A DNA stretch of 64,000 bases from Isurus oxyrinchus (Eukaryota): contig JANJGN010000007.1 of NCBI GenBank assembly GCA_026770705.1, forward strand, positions 97,464,001 to 97,528,000, given 5' to 3'. Within the stretch, counting starts at the first letter, position 1, and every line of letters begins with the position of its first letter. Below the pieces are notes generated by a model. It saw only the letters and a program-made list of their open reading frames with translations, had not been told where the DNA came from and searched no databases. Below are positions 1 to 12,000 of this stretch, one piece after another. The translations under genes were made by a program, and so were the position numbers.

Positions 1-320
1 TAAGATGGAGAACAAGAGGATACAGAATTAAAGTAAAAGAAGTAATGGAGATATAAGGACCAATTGTTTCACAAAACCAATCGTTAAAATCTAGAATGCA
101 CGGCCTGAGGGATAGAGGAAGCAGTTTCAATCTAGGCATTTCAGAAGGATTGGATTACTATGTAAGAAAGAAGACTTTGCAGGGCTAGAGAGAGAAGGTG
201 GTGCATGGCATTAATTGCATTGTTCATTCGGAGAACCGGAAATCCGATGGGCCGGATGTCCCTCTTCAACAACCCCGTAATTCTGTGAACTGTTTTTCTC
301 CCCATATTCTGTGAACTGTT
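1..320 (+). mobile_element. 3' end of a CR1-group LINE (decayed)
   Basis: Resembles the reverse complement of the CR1 3' ends elsewhere in the window (e.g. near 3770-4000) and ends in short repeated ATTCTGTGA units. Confidence 0.55.
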
Positions 321-554
321 CTTCTCCCTATATTTCTCCTTAGACATGTACTGTCCACCTTCGTGATTTTTGGCGCCCCGGTTGTCAATGCTCCTCTGGA
401 AAATGACCCAGCGCTCCCTTGCAGATGTTCTTTGTTTAATGGGTACCAGTCATGCGGTGTTTGAGCGTGATTGAATCAATGACTAATGATAATGGAAGAA
501 AGGAACATATAACTGCCAAGATGACGCGAGTATTAATGCAATGAAACACTAAAC

Positions 555-660
555 AGGGTAAAACCAAAGAAAGTATTGGAGAAAATCAGCAGGCCTGACA
601 GCATCTGTGGAAAGAGAGAAAGTTAACGTTTCAAATCCACTACGACTGGTCTTCAGAACT
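555..660 (-). mobile_element. Penelope-like terminal repeat fragment with minimal hammerhead ribozyme motif (621-660)
   Basis: Homologous to 2943-3024, 9085-9184 and 12160-12255. The minus strand reads AGTT-CTGAAGA-ccagtcgtagtggattt-GAAAC-GTT-AACT. Confidence 0.65.
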
Positions 661-1829
661 CCGGAATGAAGTGCAATTTGATGTATGGAGACCATATTTT
701 GGAGCAGGTCAAGCCATAGTACGCGGCAAACATTCTGAGATTGATCTCCCAGGTGTGCACCCCATCTACTTCATCAATGCTATTAACAGCAGCCCTGTGG
801 ATATCAGAATTTTACTATCTGCTTTAGTTCAGTTGCACATGTGTAACACGTCACTCACTTCCCCTTTTCAATCACATTCTTGTTGTTCTTTCCGTCTATT
901 TGTTATCTAGTGCGCGCGTATCTGTGTGTGTGGTTTATTTCTGTCTCTTTCCATAGCTATGCTGTATTGCTCTTTGTTCACTGCATTATTACCCTCGGTT
1001 GCTGCCTCTTGAGCGAGACAGTTCAAACGCATCAACAGTGATGCTGCTGACCGACGAACGTCCTGCAGCAATGGTCAGTACCTCTGTGCGCGAGCGCTCC
1101 ACTGTTTCTGCTCCAATCCAATGCATTTGCACCACTGCTGAGAACTGGATATGCTATTTTTCCTACCAATTTCAATAACGTCAGGATAACCCATGCTATG
1201 CTCCAATAACCATTATTGTCTCACTTATTTAAACTATACATATTGATTTCTACACTCTTTATGTCCTCTTCACAATTTGCTTTCCCTACCTATCTTTGTA
1301 AATCCTATATTTGTATGGATACACAGGTCTGTTTTTTAACCTCTTTTGTTTCTAACTTCCCACAATTTACAAAAAGACTTAAGTTTGAGGAGATCAAGTA
1401 AGATGGTGTTTATGAGTTGCAATCGTATATGCATTTGCTCGTACGTACATAATACAAATACACACACGTAAAATGCATCTGCACATATATATATGGAAAA
1501 CAGAAAGCTTTCTTTCCCCGAAGGAAAATAGCAGGGGCAACACATACTAAAACAAAAGCAAAAACATCACAAATAGAATACAAACATAATAGTTACTTAA
1601 AACATAAACACACACATAAGGCGTGCACACTCCAAGCACAAGAAACATGCACATGAAATACACACATTGTTTCCTATGCACACATGAAACTCACATAAAC
1701 ATGCTAACTGCACAGACATGCAAAACTGAAGAATTAGTCTGGACATTCGTCCAGTGATGTTTCTTTATAGATCAGCTGGGTAAGTACAAATAACACAGAG
1801 ATACACACAAACGCACCTATATAATATGG

Positions 1830-3490
1830 AGCAGCACTGCCAACCAGTTACCAACAGCAGATTGAAAGAGACATGAGTCACCAGCAACATCATCACTCAG
1901 TCACCAATCGGATCACCTATCCATCAGTAACATGACCTCCAATAGAACCAAACCATCACAATAAACATTAACAAGCTACCAGCAGCAGCAGTCAGCCATC
2001 ATCGGCAGCACCAGGTCACCAGAATCATCAAGAAGGGAAAAGAAACAACACTGATCTGTCACAAGCATCAATCAGTCACCACCAGCCACATCCCAGTCAC
2101 TAGCAAAATCACCCCGTCTCCTGAATGAATATGCACTTAACGAAAAGATAGCAACTCACCAGCATTCTCAGATATTGACCAGCGCCACCATCACAGACCC
2201 ACCTGAAGTAGTGTCTACTTTCCAGCAGCACCATCCAGACACAAGCAACAGCGTCACCCAACCAACAGCACCAATACTTTAATCACCACCTGCTTCACAC
2301 TAGCACCATGAGCACCAGCAATCACCAGCAGCGCCGTTACCCAGTCATGGAAAATATTATCACCCATTCGCCATAAAAAAGCATCACCTGCTGCGCATCA
2401 GCTCATCACCTGATCACCAGCAATGGCATCAATGTGCCGCCAAGAAGAGCGCCACTCTATTGCCACCACCAATATAGACTTCCTTTGCCAGCAATATCAA
2501 CACAAATTACCTGGAGCACCTTCATCAGTTGCGAGAAACAGAAGAACCGTCATTGGAGAAAGATACAATAACTAGCACAAGTTGTCAATCAACAACAGTT
2601 TATTATCATGCAGTTACTATCAGCATTGACAAAATCGCAGCAGCTTCACACAGTCACCAGCATCATCACCCAGTCACCTAGTCACCAATGATAGTATTAT
2701 GCAGACACTACCAGAGACTCGACCAAGAGAATTGTAAACGAGGCACAATTGTCATCACCCTCATCAACATTGTCCAGCGACAAAATTATTCTCCACCGCC
2801 CAGTCATCAGTAAGAAATCTGAGTCGTAAAAGCAGCATCGAGTCTCCAGCAGAAACATATGGATATCAGCAGCATTAATCAAAAATCAGAAATGCCATCA
2901 ACCAGTGATCACCACCATCACGATTCACCAGCATAGATGCCTGGAAAAACTCAGCAGGTCTGGCAGCATCGGCGGAGAAGAAAAGAGTTGACGTTTCGAG
3001 TCCTCATGACCCTTCGACAGAACTAGTTCTGTCGAAGGGTCATGAGGACTCGAAACGTCAACTCTTTTCTTCTCCGCTGATGCTGCCAGACCTGCTGAGT
3101 TTTTCCAGGTAATTCTGTTTTTGTTTTGGATTTCCAGCATCCGCAGTTTTCTTTGTTTTTAGCATAGATGCCTAGTTACCAGCAACATAGCCATATCAAT
3201 AACTTGATATTCAACAGCACAATCAACCATTCCCCAGACAAAGCCACAGTCACCAACAATTTCTCAATCACTAGCAGCGCCATCTCAAGACAGAGTAAGC
3301 AGCAGCCAGTCACCGGCAGCATCACACAGCAAGCAATAACTTCACCCAGTCACTAGTAACATTATCACACAGCAGCGACCAAAGTTATCAGCTAGGTACC
3401 AGCAACAGAAGCATCAGTCACTAAACCATTATGAAATCCCCAGCAGCACTACGCCGTCACCAATTGCATTACCCAGTCAACATCAGCTGC
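1830..3490. repeat. Degenerate minisatellite (about 20-23 nt unit, consensus near CAGCAGCATCACCCAGTCAC), unit 1
   Basis: Recurrent CACCAGCA / CAGTCAC words with strong C+A bias on the + strand; paralogous to 28990-30475 and 54850-56005. Confidence 0.8.
2943..3160. mobile_element. Young Penelope-like terminal-repeat insertion forming a 170-bp palindrome, 13-bp TSD
   Basis: Arms 2940-3024 and 3025-3109 are reverse complements with one mismatch and no spacer. Flanked by AGCATAGATGCCT at 2930-2942 and 3161-3173. Sequence matches the termini of the element at 9085-13472. Confidence 0.85.
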
Positions 3491-3767
3491 CCACTGGGTA
3501 TAAGTTAAACAATTTTATCCTCAGATGATAACAAATTATGACTAACCTTTGAGAAACCTATGGTTTAATTTCGGCTAAAGGTTCCATCCGAGCATTTCTA
3601 TATATTTACTATGCTGAAGGTCAATCGCCTTAAAAGACCCAGACGGCTTCTTTCAGTTGATGTGCAACGGTCTCGACAATGAAGAACACACTGATAAACA
3701 ACGCCGTGGTGTGCAGTCTGCCAGGCAAATTTCCATTGAATATCCCTAGCATTCTGAGGCCAAACAA

Positions 3768-5345
3768 AATCACGCAGTCTCAAAACCTTTACAGTGCAGA
3801 AGGAGGCCATTTGGCATATCAATTCTGCACCGGCTGGCTGAAAGAGCATTCTACCTAATCCCACTCCCCTCTCTTATCTCCGTAATCTTACACATTCTTT
3901 CTTTTCAGAGAGCAGGCCAATTTCCTTTTGACTACCTCAGTCGAACCTACCTCCACCACCCACTCACGAAGCTTTCTCCAGAACCCAACCACCCACTGGA
4001 TCAAATAAAATGCTCACATCATTTCAATTCCTGATGGTCATTATTTTGCACCTGTGCATTCTAGGTCTTAATGTATTCTTGAGTTGACACAGCTTCTCAC
4101 CATCTACCTTGTCCATACCCCTCAGGTTCTTGAATACCACGATCAAATCTCCTCTAATCCTTCTTTTCGCCAAGGAATATCGTCCCAACATCCCCAATCA
4201 ACCCTCATAGCAACAGTTCTTTATCCCTGGAATCATTCGTGTGAATCTCCTCTGAACTGTTTCCAACTCCTTAACGTCCTTCCTCATGCATGGTGCCCAG
4301 AACTGGACGCAGCACTCCAGATGAGGTCTAAATAATGTCTTATGCCAGTTTAACACGACCTCCGTATTCATGTATTGTATCTCCTTGTTAATAAAACCTT
4401 GGACACCATACGTTTTATTAACTGCCCTCTCAACATGCCCTGCTACCTTCAATGACTTATGCACATATACTCCGATGCCCCTTTGTTCCTGCACCTCCTT
4501 TAGAGTTCGTCTCTTTATTTTATGCTGTCCCTCAATATTCATCCTTCCAAAAGGCATCACCTCACATTTCACTGCTTTGAACTTCATCTACCATTTGTCT
4601 GCCCAATCCACCAACTTATCTATTTCCTTTTGAAGTTAAAGACTATCCCCATCACAGTTAACAATGTTTCCAATCTTCGTATCATTTCCAAATTTTGAAA
4701 TCATGCCCTGCACATCACAGTCTAGGCCACTAATATATTTCAAGAAGAGCAAGGGACACGAAAATGAGCACTGGTGAACTCCACAACAGGCCTTCCTCCA
4801 ATCTGAAAAACAATCATTTATCACTACTCTCTGTTTCCTGTCACTGAGCCAATTTCTTATCCAATGGCCTAATTTCTATTTTATTCCATGAGCTAGAATT
4901 TTGTTTTCAAGCCTGTATCAAATGCCTTTTGAAAATCCATATACACCACATCAACAGCATTGCCCTTATCAACCTTCACAGATACCTCGTCAAAAAACTG
5001 CAGCAAGTTAGTTAAACATGATCTTCCCTTAATCAATCCGTGCTGGCTTTCCATAATATCCTGCACTTGTCTAAACGACTATTGATTTTGTACCGAACTA
5101 TAGCTTCCAGAAGTTTCCCTGCCACTGAAATCAAACTGACTGGTTTGTAGTTGCCGACATTATTCTTGCAGCCCTTTTAGAACAAGAGAACAAGAGTGTA
5201 ACATTGGCAATTTTCCAGCCCTCCGGCATCATTACTTTGTCTAAGGACAACTGAAGGTTATCACCAGTGCATCTTGAATTTCCACCCTCACCTCCCTCAG
5301 TATCCTCATCCGGTCCTGCCAGCTTACCTATTTCAAGTAAAGATG
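3768..5345 (-). mobile_element. 5'-truncated CR1 LINE (RT and C-terminal region, decayed)
   Basis: ORFs 4198-4587 (RPHLECCVQFWAP...LETVQRRFTRMIPG) and 4636-4824 (ISKFGNDTKIG, decayed FADDTK) are typical CR1 ORF2. Not present at the matching position of units 2 and 3. Confidence 0.9.
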
Positions 5346-5538
5346 GCTTTTCCGATGAACGGAGTGATATGTTTGGTCAACACCTGCACGAACGTTCCGT
5401 AAACAATTGGACAACCTTGTACATTATATATAGATGTATGGATACAGAAAGTTTAACTTGGTGTAAAAATGTTCCATTTTCCCTTTAAAAACATTAAGAT
5501 ATGGGTGGCTTCAACTTCAACAAATTTATTCTCACCTC

Positions 5539-5546
5539 TGACGTAA
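5539..5546 (+). promoter_or_regulatory. CRE/ATF-like motif TGACGTAA upstream of leader 1a
   Basis: Same position (about 165-175 nt upstream of ATG) as TGACGTAA at 6135-6142 and TGACGTTA at 56466-56473. Confidence 0.35.
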
Positions 5547-5712
5547 AGGTAAAATCAATGCTTTGACGCTGTAGCATCGAGGATCTGCTTGTGCAACCAT
5601 TTTGCAACAGGCCCAATGCCTGATTACCTTCAAACTCTTTCCATCCTCGCACCCTTCAGTGTTTCCCGCTAACTTGCAGAACGAGTGATTGAGTTCATAG
5701 TCATTGCGCAGA

Positions 5713-6043
5713 ATGTCTATATTCGATGTACTGAATTACCTCTTAGCGCTGGATTATTTACGCGGGTTAGATATCTGCACTTATCTGATAAATAGAAAGA
5801 GCAATTAGAACTGTGTAGGGATAATATCTCTTCAGCAATTATTGAAGATTATTTCATTTCCTTCCGTTATATTTCGCACATACTATTTCTTCACTTTTAA
5901 CCATCCCAATCATTTCCTCTGCCTGTAATCCTGCCTATGTTTATATCTATAAGCTACTGACGGGACCGCTCTCAGTGCTTCATATCCCGGGCCGTGTGAC
6001 TCCGGTGAAAGGTACAAACGTAAACATCATTTCCTGTGTGTCG
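5713..6043 (+). pseudogene. Copy 1a: frameshifted leader exon plus truncated 5' part of the V exon (5954-6043)
   Basis: ATGTCTATATTCGATGTACTGAATTACCTC aligns with the leader at 56630. 5954-6043 aligns with the first 30 codons of the V exon (RVTPVKGTNV), has a 2-nt deletion, and then jumps back into promoter sequence. Confidence 0.85.
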
Positions 6044-6303
6044 GAAATATTCACATGACGCGAAATTATCTCATGTTCTCTGGAACAACAATGAGATGTG
6101 ATTGGTTTCAACTTCCATTGCGTGTTCTCACCTTTGACGTAAAAATGAAACCAGTAAACCGAAGCTGGAGTTTCAACTGTAGCAATGGTGGACCATATTG
6201 CAGCACGCCCAATGCCCAATCTTCAATTTTTTCCATTCTCCTACCCTTCAGTTTTTCCAGCTGATTTGTAGCACGAATGACCAGTTAATCGGCTTTGAGC
6301 AGA

Positions 6304-6790
6304 ATGTATATATTCTGTGTTGAATTATCTCTCAGCGCTGGCATTATTTACACAGGTGTCTATATTAGACCTGTTCGATAAATGTTTACTGTTGATTGTA
6401 CATTTTCATTTTTTCGTTGTATTTCCTTCCTTTGAATCTTGCCGATCATTACCCTTACGGCAACCCTGTGTGTTTATTTCTGATATTTACTGACGGGAGC
6501 GCGCTCTCACTGATTCAGGTCCCTGATCGTGTGACTCAGGTGGAAGTTACAAATGTGTCCATCAATTTCTCAGGGTCGCTTTTGTTTCTCAACGCAATGC
6601 TGGATCTTTATTGGTGGCGAGAGGGCCAATACGCGACTTTGGATACGGCTGCAGACATAAGGAAAACAGTGATGTCTTCCAAACAAGGGTCTTACAAGTT
6701 CCACCTGCTGAATGTGAGTTCCTTATTGCAGCGTTCCAGAAGGGGCAGGAATGATTTTCAATGGTGGCGGGGCTAACCTAATGATACAAG
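6304..6790 (+). pseudogene. Copy 1b: leader exon (6304-6355) and VJ exon (6488-6790) pseudogene
   Basis: Leader MYIFCVELSLSAGIIYT with ACAG|GT donor. The V acceptor AG is mutated to AT, the first Cys is Phe, and a deletion removes the DSG motif and shifts frame; the donor AAG|GTGAGT is retained. Confidence 0.9.
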
Positions 6791-7059
6791 GTGAGTGGTG
6801 CTGACAAGAAAATGGGTTCGCGTAAAATTATGAAGTGAATTTCAGAGAATATCTAACTGAAGGGCAGGAAGGTATTTTCTCTTAGACCTGATCTTCGTCT
6901 TTTCACTTGCCGTATTTGCAGTGAATCCTATCTGTTCACAAAGAGCACCAACAATTACCGGTCTGTGTAAAAAAGAGCGCCTGACTTCAGTCAATAATTG
7001 TTCTCTTACCCCGTACCTTTTATTATTTTTCGAATATCCGTATTTGTTTAATGGGTTCT

Positions 7060-7650
7060 CGGTAACAGCATTGTTGGCACAAGTGACATTATTTGAATAT
7101 CTCTATTTATGCTTGAGCAGGTAGTCGCGATCCTTTTTTTCTTGATTGTCTGCCGTCGATATTTTGAATGTACTTGTACCTTGCTATCATATCTGAAGTT
7201 CCAAGCTTTGGATCCCGTGGGAAGAAACGGATTGTCATAAATGTCCAAGTCAAGATGATTCATGACCTCTACGAGGTTGCATGCACTGGTCATCACATCT
7301 GGCTGTCGCTCTTCACATTCCATATGATATAACTCACAGATTTGACGCGCCCCTGGTGCACAAGAAGCCTTGTGAATGTTGCTATGCAACTTATAGATAG
7401 CGGACACTGCAACCGCCGTGCGCATATGGTGAAGGGAGTGGGTGTGTACACTGGCGGAATGACTGCCACCTGGTGGATTATTTCCCCTACGATCGTCTTG
7501 AGAATCCTCATCCAGAAACGAGGAGACTATGCCATCAGACTCCTGACTTGTAGCTGGTGGAGAGGCTTTGCACAGTTAGCAGCCATATCACCTGCTGCAA
7601 CATTTACAACTCCTGACGTGTATAATAACCACGACAAATATATGACCATT
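7060..7650 (-). mobile_element. Ancient LINE 3' fragment shared by all three units (also about 31930-32480 and 57440-57970)
   Basis: Translations (AVAVSAIYKLH, GSKAWN, VAVCAIYKMH) resemble the C-terminal region of the LINE at 60985-63955. Confidence 0.65.
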
Positions 7651-8649
7651 TATACACATCAATTACAAGTAAAAAGAGACATATTTTAATCCATATTTCT
7701 CTGTTTATCCATTAAGGAAAATGTGCGTTTGCCTCTCAATAGGGTGCTGCTGGGAATCACTTTATTCAATCCTCTCTTCACTGACATGCCGAGCTCCAAA
7801 GATTTCGCCAGACTCAGGTGCCCAATGTGCATTTTTTTGGTTGCCTGTTCAGTCAAATCCGGGAAACAACAATTAGATTGTCACTGACTGTTCGTAAGTT
7901 TATGCAAGAATTGCACAACGAGTTAAGGGGCACGGGGAGGCTGGGTGGGGGGGGGGGGGAGCTATAGGAAAGGAGAGGATCACACCAAACGGTACTTTTC
8001 TGCATGCTTAACGGAATAAGTGATGAGCATATTTGCTGAGAACAGATTTATTTATGCACATACACGTTAGGTGACCAATGAAAATCCGTTGACCTCCCTG
8101 ACGTGTTGCATTTGTACAATTAGAATTTGCGTGCAAAGCAACTCGATTCTCTTTGCATACATATATATCATTTGCAGTAGAGACGTCAATGCATTGACTA
8201 CCAACGCTAACGGGAGATTATAAGTGAATTTCTCTTGATTTGCAGTTGATCGTTTTATTTTCAGTGGGGCAGTAGAGTTATATTTACGGATCTTTTTATG
8301 TCTCCTACAGTGCTTAGATCTTTACAGTTGTGAAATGCGTTTTTCGAGCACTTGATCGTGCAGCATTTCCAAAAGAAAACCACAATTAAGCCCCAAACGT
8401 ACATCCCGTATTGGAATTGCCTGCTGTTCCAACTCAGCTTGAGGGTCGAGCAGGACCCCATTGTTTCTCATAGATACTGGTGCCAGTCAGCAATACTTAG
8501 TTCAAACAATAGAGCAAAGTGTGGATGGGAAGTTGGTGACAGAAGTCCTGGATCAAAAATAATTTACCAAAGGCCTGTATCCTCTTCAGGAAACGTGAAG
8601 ATGGCATTTTCAGCCAGGAGCCGGTGATTGTGTTTGGTGAATGTAACAT

Positions 8650-9084
8650 ACGAACACACGGAAATAAGAATTATGAGCAAGATTAAGCTCCTCGGCCTCT
8701 CGAGCATGCTCTACCATTCAATAGATTAATGGTTAATCATGTTATAACATCAGTTCCATATTCCTGACGACAGCCGATAACCTTTAACCCCCTTGTTTAT
8801 CAATAATCTATCTAGCTCTGCCTTAGACATATACAAGTTTCTGCTTCAGTGTCTTTTGTGAAAGAGAGTCCCAAACACTCATGACCCTCTGAGAGAAAAA
8901 CAATTCTCATGATCTCTGTTTTAAATGATAGACCTCTTATTGTTAAACAGTGAAGCCGGGTTCTAGATTTTCCCATAAGAGGAAAAAGTATCTACGCATC
9001 CACTCCATCAAGAACCTTCAGGATCTGAGCAGTTTCAACCAAGCTGTCTCTTACTCTTCTAAACTCAAGTGAATACAAGACGAG
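8650..9084 (-). mobile_element. CR1 LINE 3' part, interrupted by the Penelope element; continues at about 13475-13845
   Basis: Similar to the CR1 3' ends at 36140-36710 and 45165-45600. ORF 13471-13665 (LYKALVRAHLTYCAQYWS) is the continuation. Confidence 0.8.
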
Positions 9085-12000
9085 AACAAAAACAAAAATA
9101 CCTGTAAAACTCAGCAGGTCTGACAGCATCTGCGGCGAGGGATGCAGTTGACATTTGGAGTCCATATGACCCTTAATCAGAACTAAGACATATAGAAATG
9201 AGATGAAATATAAGCTGGTAGAGGGGGGTTGCTGGGACAGGTAGGGCTCGATAGGGGGCCAATGATAGGTGGAGGCAAAGAAGAGACTGCCAAAGATGTC
9301 ATAGACAAAAGGACAAAGCGGTGTTGACGGTGGGGATCTGATATTGTTGAACTCAACATTAAGTCCGGAAGACTGTAAAGTGCCTAGCCGGAAGATGAAG
9401 TGCCGTTCCTCCAGTTTATGTTGAGGTTCACTGGAACATTGTAAAATGCCAAGGATGGATATGTGGGCATGAGAGCAGCTTGGTTTGTTGAACTGGAATG
9501 CGACAGGGAGGTCTAGGTCATACTTGCAAACAGAGTGAAGGTGTTCTGCAAAGTGGTCACCTAGTCTGTGTTTGGTCTCTCCAATGTAGGGCAGCCCACA
9601 TTAGGAGTAGCGAATGCTGTAGACTAAGTTGAGGTAAGTGCCAGTGAAGTGCTGCTTCACTTGAAAGGAGTGTTCGGGATGTTGGACGGTGAGAAGGGGG
9701 GAAGTAAAGGGGCAGGTGTTGCAACTTCTACAGTTGCATAGGAAGGTGCCATGGGAGGGGGTTGACGTATATGGCGTGATGGAGGAGTGGACCAGGGTGT
9801 CCCAGAGGGAATGATCCCTGTGGAAAGCCGCCAGGGGGCATGAAGGGAAGATGTGTTTGATGGTGGCATCATGCTGGAGTTGGCAGAAATTGTGGAGGAT
9901 GATCCTTTGCATGTGGAGGCTGGTGGGGTGATAAGTGAGGACAAGGGGGACCCTATCATGGTTCAGAGAGGGAGAGGAAGTTGTGAGGGTGGATGCGCAG
10001 GAGATGAGCCGGAAATGGTTGAGGGCCCTGTCAACTACTGTAGGTGGAAAACCTCGGTTAAGGAAGAAGGAAGAGATATCAGATGACCTGTTTGGGAAAG
10101 TGCATCATCAGAACATATGTGATGGAGGCTAAGGAACTGAAAGAAAGTGATGGGTTCCTTACAGGAAGTGGGGTGTGAGCAGCTGTAGCTGAGTTAGCTG
10201 TGGGAGTTGGTAGGCTTGTAATGAATATTGGTGGGCAGTCTATCTCCAGAAATTGAGACTGAGAGGTCAAGGAAGGGAAGGGAAGTGTCAGTGATGTACC
10301 ACGTGAATATGATGGAGGGATAGAAATTGAGAGCAAAATTAATAAACTTTTCCAGATCCAGAACAGAGCATAAAGTGGCACTGAAGCAGTCATCGATGTA
10401 CCAGGGAAAGAGTTCTGGGAGGGGGCCTGAAGGGGACTGGAACTAGGAATGTTCCACATACCCCATAAAGAGAGAGGCATAACTGGGGCCCATGCGGGTA
10501 CCCATAGCCATACCTTTTATTTGGAGGAAGTGTGATGAGTTTATGGAGAAATTGTTCAGTGAGAGAATAAGTTCAGCCAGACAGAGGAGATTCGTGGTGG
10601 ATGGGGATTGTTTGGGCCTCTGTTCGAGGAAGAAGAGGAGATCCCTCAGACCATCCCAATGGGGGGTGGAGATGTAGCGTGATTAGATATCCATGGTGAA
10701 GAGGAGGCAGTTGGGGGGCAGGGAACTGGAAATTGTTGATATGATCTAGGGCGTGCAAGGAATCATGGATGTCGGTGGGAAGAGATTGACAAGGCGAGAG
10801 AGAATAGACTTAAGATAGCAAGAAATGAGTTCCATGGGGCAGGAACATTGCTGACATGATCAGTCTGCCTGGATAGTCCTGTTTGTGGATTTGGGGTAGG
10901 AAGTAGAAGTGGGCCGTCCAAAGTTGGGAGACTATGAGGATTGAAGCTGTGGAGGGAAGAGCTCCAGAGGTGATAAGGCAGTGACAGTCCTGGAAACAAT
11001 GAGTTGATGTTCAGTGGTGGGGTCATGGTCCAGAGGGAGGCAGAAGGAAGTGTCTGCATGTTGATGTTCAGCCTCTGCGAGGTAGAGGTCAGTGCACCAG
11101 ACAACAACAGCACCACCCTTATCAGCGGGTTTGATGACAAAGTTAGGGTTGGACCTGAGAGAAAGGAATGTGGCAAGTTCAGAAAGAGAAAGGTTAGAGT
11201 GGGTGAGAGGGGCATAGAACTTGGGATGACTGATGTCACGCCAACAGTTCTCAATGAAAAGATCAAGAGCAGGTAAAAATCCAGAGGGAGGAGACCAGGT
11301 GGAGGGCGAATATTGGAGGCAGTTAAAAGGATCCGTTGAATGGGGAGATGACTACTGCCCAAAGAATTGAAAACGAAAGCAGAAGGGATGGAAGAAGAGT
11401 TCAGCATCGTGCCAAGCATGAAATTCATTGAGGTGAGGGCGTAAGGGTGTGAAACTGTGTCATTTGCCGAGCACTAAACATTCAGCATCAGAGAGGGGAA
11501 GGCAGAGGGTATGTTGAATACACAGCCAGGGCTGGGATTGGAAGATTGGATGGGTACAGAGGGCCGGGCAGGGGTGCAGGGTCCTGGGTGGGCGTCGGTG
11601 TTGATGGTTTGTTAGAGCTTGCATTCCTTTGCATCTGAAAGGAAGAGACAAAGTTTCTTGTTGAGGTGTCAGATGAGACGAAGAATAAAATGAAACTGGG
11701 GGCCAGGTCATCTTAGAAATAGAGTGTGTCAGTGCCCTTATGGGGAGAGGTAGAGTGTGTTCATTAGGCGGCAGACGGCACTGCGTGTGGAACTCAGGAT
11801 GCAATGAGAAAAGCAGCCTGAGGAGCGTTGTATGTCACAGAGATTCTTGTAGTCCTGTGCTGGTTCGAAACATGAGGGGTGGAACTTCAACTGGAATCCA
11901 CATGTGGTAAGTTGGAGACGAAGAAATTCACTGAGGAATGAAATAGGGCTGTGAAAGCAAGTTCTAGTAAACACCTTGTCAAACACCAGGAGAGAAATGG

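Noticed and set aside
7048-7689. Paralogous 115-125 aa ORFs in the intron as a possible nested gene
   Set aside because: They match the C-terminus of the LINE family at 60985-61400, and frames are broken differently in each unit.
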